From the NCBI RefSeq assembly GCF_016432865.1, contig NC_067401.1:205592001-205656000 (forward strand): a stretch of 64,000 nt of DNA. The letters are read 5' to 3'. The first letter of the stretch is position 1. Every line of letters begins with the position of its first letter. Below, one piece after another: positions 59,995-64,000 of the stretch. Source of the DNA: Antechinus flavipes. Lineage: Eukaryota. The position numbers and the translations under genes were made by a program. Below the pieces are notes generated by a model that saw nothing but the letters and a program-made list of their open reading frames with translations, was not told where the DNA came from and did not search any database.

Positions 59995-60147
59995 AGCGCC
60001 ACTTCCGGCTCCTGAAGAAGGGCGGAGTGGGAGTACAGGAAATAGAAACTGGGAGGAGGAGGAGAAGGGAAGGTAGTTGGAACTTCTGCGCAGACTCCAA
60101 AAGTCAGAGGCGGTCGACAGGAGCTTGACAGCCGTAGCCATGGTAAC
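59995..60147 (-). promoter_or_regulatory. PEX6 promoter: ETS site, GC box and RFX X-box
   Basis: CACTTCCGG at ~60000-60008, GGGCGG at ~60020, GTAGCCATGGTAAC at 60134-60147 (matches GTNRCC-N0-3-RGYAAC). CpG island ~59150-60030. Confidence 0.65.
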
Positions 60148-60639
60148 TGGGGCTGCTTGTGCTTCTGCATCTACGCCTGTTCTATTCTGACTGTGGTCTT
60201 AGCGGGCAACTGTCCACTCTAAGTGGCGGTATGAGAACCTATTTGCGGTGCTTATTGAGACAGTATTGGGTTCCTTCCTCCCAAATAGTTGCTTTCCTTT
60301 TTACCACATTCTACCAATCATAATTTTACTTTGCTGACTTTGCCCTAATATGTCTTTATAACGGTTTGCTGAATGATTGTTAATACGTTGTCATGAAGCT
60401 TAAGTTCTCTCCATTGCTCTAGGAAGGATGATTGAAGCATAGATTAAGCAATTAGTAGGCGCTAAATTCTGTGCTAAGCCCTGGAAATACAAAAAGAAAA
60501 TCAAGACACTCTCAGGTCTCAAAGAACTCTGTTCTAATGAGGGAGACAATGCATATGGAAAATTTCGATTTACAGTCAGGTGGAAAGGGCACATGGTCTT
60601 AGGGTGCAGGGTCAAAGCAAATGATAATACCTCTTCTTT

Positions 60640-61060
60640 TATTTATTTATTTATTTATAATAACTTTATATTGACAGAATCCATGCCAGGGTAATTTTTT
60701 TACATTATCCCTTGCACTCGTTTCTGTTCCTATTTTTCCCCTCCCTCCCTCCATCCCCTCCCCTAGATGGCCAGCAGTCCTATATATGTTAAATATGTTG
60801 CAGTATATCCTAGATACAATATATGTTTGCAGAACCGAACAGTTCTCTTGTTGCACAGGGAGAATTGGATTCAGAAGGTAAAAATAACCCGGGAAGAAAA
60901 ACAAAAATGCAAATAGTTTACATTCATTCCCCAGTGTTCTTTCTTTGGGTGTAGCTGCTTCTGTCCATCATTTATCAATCGAAAAGGAGTTAGGTCTCTT
61001 TGTCAAAGAAATCCACTTCCATCAGAATACATCCTCATACAGTGTCGTTGTTGAAATGTA
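60640..61060 (-). mobile_element. Antisense L1 3' fragment of the same young family as 18102-19168
   Basis: High similarity to the reverse complement of 18740-19150; (TTTA)n tail; possible 10-bp TSD ac(c/t)tcttctt with one mismatch. Confidence 0.9.
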
Positions 61061-61959
61061 ACTTCTTCTTGAATGTTATTTCCACAGACAAAATTCTATC
61101 AATGTTTGATGGAGAACCATTTGACATTACCAAGGACTTTGGATAACTAGATCTTTCTTTCTTGGGTCTTCAGTAGACGTGACTCTGACACTTGCAGGAG
61201 CAGTGGCTAGACTCCATCTTCACAAGGGCTGCTTCTGAGGATGATAGATGGAGGAATTGGGATGGAAACGCTCTTCCCAAGGCTCTTGGGTCCAGGCTCT
61301 TAGTCAATCCTAACAGGATCTAAGGGAAGGTGGTGATGGTGGTGCTTTGATTTGTCTTACACATCCTACCTCCTATCTCTTCCTTACTTTGGATGAGGGA
61401 AGCTGGTTAGTAGCTTGTGTGTGGCAATTGGCGGGGATGGCTAGCCTGTTCCTCACAGGGGTTGCTTTTCCAGATGAAGGCTTTCAGGGTTGGGCTGGAG
61501 GCAGGACCTACAGTAGTCTGGGAGGTCCTATGAAATTGTTAGTGGAAGTTAGCGATTTTTACTAGTGGTTGTAAGGAAGGAGGACCCACTTCATCAATGA
61601 TTTCTCCCCCAGTGATGATTGTGGGGACTAGACTGGAAACAAGTCTTATATGTTATTTTTTTTTGGCGGGGAGGTACTGCTTTTCCCAAAGCTCTTGGGC
61701 TCTCCTTCAAGGTCTGAAAGGAAATGTAAGTTTGTTGCAGTCATGACATTTGTTATCTACACAGTCCCAAAAATATACTTAAAATACTCCAGAAGTGGAT
61801 TTTGTTTTATGGCATTTATAGTATGTGAATGGTCAAATCAATCAATCATCAAGCATGGATTAAATATCCAGTGTGTCAATAACTGTTCTAGTTATTAGGC
61901 CCTGAGAATACAAAGGCAAAAATTAAATATTATAGTGCTTGTTCTTAAAAAGTAACAAT

Positions 61960-62170
61960 CCTAATCTTAATTCATTCTTTCTCTGTACAGTTCCTATCCA
62001 TGCTCTCCCATAAATTTGCCCTGGGAATCCACCCAGCCTTCTTAGATTTCTGCTAACGTCAGGAGAATACCAGTGGAGCATTTGAGCTGTCCATTGAGCT
62101 ATCCACCTGTCGTTCCCCTTTCTTGTCATGGCACTCAGCCCATTTGTTTCTTTGCTCCTACATTTCCCTG
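61960..62170 (-). mobile_element. RTE-clade LINE 3' ORF fragment
   Basis: Minus translation NDRWIAQWTAQMLHWYSPDVSR...YGRAW resembles the RTE C-terminal motif (DNRWT..VL.WYP....R). Confidence 0.55.
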
Positions 62171-64000
62171 ATGACATCTTTTACTCAATTTTTTTTCCAA
62201 GTTCTCTTTTGTTAAATGTTGTACATGGCTCACACCCACTGTGCACCTCTCTGTTCCCTTTTGTGTGAAACTCATTTTAAATTCTTTGGATGACTCACAT
62301 CTGTACAAAAGCACCAGTAGAATATTGGTATTATTAAGATGGAACTTTGTTTCTGGGGGAAGTTTGAGGTTATTAAAGGATCTCTCATTTACACCATATC
62401 TCTTATATGTATATAGCTGTTATCTTGTTCTCTCCCTTTTTTAGAATATGAGTACCTTGAAGAAAGGGACTAGATTTTAGTCTTTGTATTTAGAGCACTT
62501 AGTGGAATGCCTGGCACACATGAGCAATTAATAAATGTTTATTGACTAACACTTTTTTTTGAGATATGCCACATGTCCATATAACTGAACTGCATTGTAA
62601 ATATTAGTGTTGGGATAGCCAGAGCTATTTTTAAACTTTGACACATCCAGGAGATGATTTGGGCACCATTCCCTTTGTAAGTACAGATTACTACTTCTCT
62701 ATGACTTCTCATCTTGTATAATTATTGCTATGTTTTTCTGTAAGTAATAACAATAGTTCGCATTTATAGAAATACCTTAAGGTTTATAAAATACTTTCCC
62801 CACAACCACCCTATAAGGTAAAAGAACACAATTATTATTATGCTCATTTCTCAGATGAATAAATTAGCGCAAATACAAAATATACATACTCTTCCAATTC
62901 TACATGTATGAATGTAGAAAGATCAACATTGATCTTCTGGCTGTTCCATAAAAAGATACTCCATGTCTCAGTCTCTGGCTGTCCCCCATGCCTCTCTTTT
63001 ACTCTCTAAGGACTGACGTCCCTGATTTCCTTTAAGCCCCACTAAAATCCTACCTTTTTACAGGAAGTCTTCTCTCACCTGTCCTCATTCCAATGTGTTC
63101 TCTTTCTTAATTATTTCCTATTTATCTTGTATATAACTTACTTGTACATAATTGTTTGAATGTTGTCTCCTCCATCATCTTGAAAGCTTCATGAAGGCAG
63201 AAATTGTCTTTTGCCTCTTTTTGTATCTTCAGTAACTGGAACATAGTTGACTTAATAAATGTTTGTTGAATTGAGTTGAATTTGATTTGATATATTGGGA
63301 GGAGGAGGAGTGAAGAGAACAAGCATGTATTAAAAAGTGCTTTGTAAATATTATCTCATTTGAGAATCACAATTCTTCCATGTAATTGCTGTTGTTTTTG
63401 TTGTTGTGGTTTAGGGTGTTAGAACCCAGGAAACATGAACCCAACCTTTCCTGAATGGGCTTCCAGGGCTTCCCTGACATAGCATATTGCCTCTTGTTGA
63501 CCTTCCAAAGATCCACTCCAAGTACTAGATGCATCCCCTGTTTCTTTTACTATTTCATCAGTCCCAGTGCATCAATTAGTGTGCATTTGCTTTCCTTCCC
63601 TTTCTCTACAGGAGCAGCCTACCTCTTTTTCTTATTATATTTATCCTTGTTGATGTCTGGGTACCACTTATGGAAGGCAAATTATTACTAGTAACAAGTT
63701 GCAATACAGTCTATTATTGAGGCAATTGGATAGCTCGGTGGATAAAACTCAGGTCTGGAATGGGAAAGATCTGAATTCAAATTCAGCTTTACGCAATTAT
63801 TAGCTGTGATCCTGGAAAAGTAATCTCTGTTTTAACCTTGGAGCAACTAGAAAGCTCAGTGGATAAAGTGCTGGGTTTGGAGTGAGAAAAGATTGGATTC
63901 AAATCCAGGTTCAGACATTCACTAACTGTGTGACCTATTAAATGACACAAGTCACTTTACCTTTCTTGGTCTAAATCCACTGGAGAAAGAAATGATAAAC

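Overview
Mammalian genomic DNA, almost certainly marsupial and probably dasyurid (inferred from the L1, MIR/Mar1-type SINE, L2 and RTE content). It is syntenic with human 6p21.1. Four complete, intact spliced genes were reconstructed exon by exon, all with GT-AG junctions and continuous frames: PTCRA (+, 4 exons, 195 aa), CNPY3 (+, 6 exons), GNMT (+, 6 exons, 295 aa) and PEX6 (-, 17 exons, 987 aa). The rest is mostly retroelement-derived, including a young L1 with a target-site duplication (TSD), an L1 with an apparent 3' transduction, and a solo LTR nested in an L1. The most unusual signal is that two neighbouring genes each carry a copy of their own 3' end inside their last intron. In PTCRA, a ~109-bp copy behind an L1-derived splice acceptor could give a pre-TCR-alpha lacking the transmembrane helix. 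In CNPY3, a ~150-bp copy of the putative poly(A) region lies just after an 82-codon intronic read-through frame and could give an isoform without the ER-retention signal. These isoforms are inferences; no expression data are available. Comparisons with human and mouse proteins are from memory and should be re-checked by alignment. Repeat boundaries are approximate unless a TSD is given.
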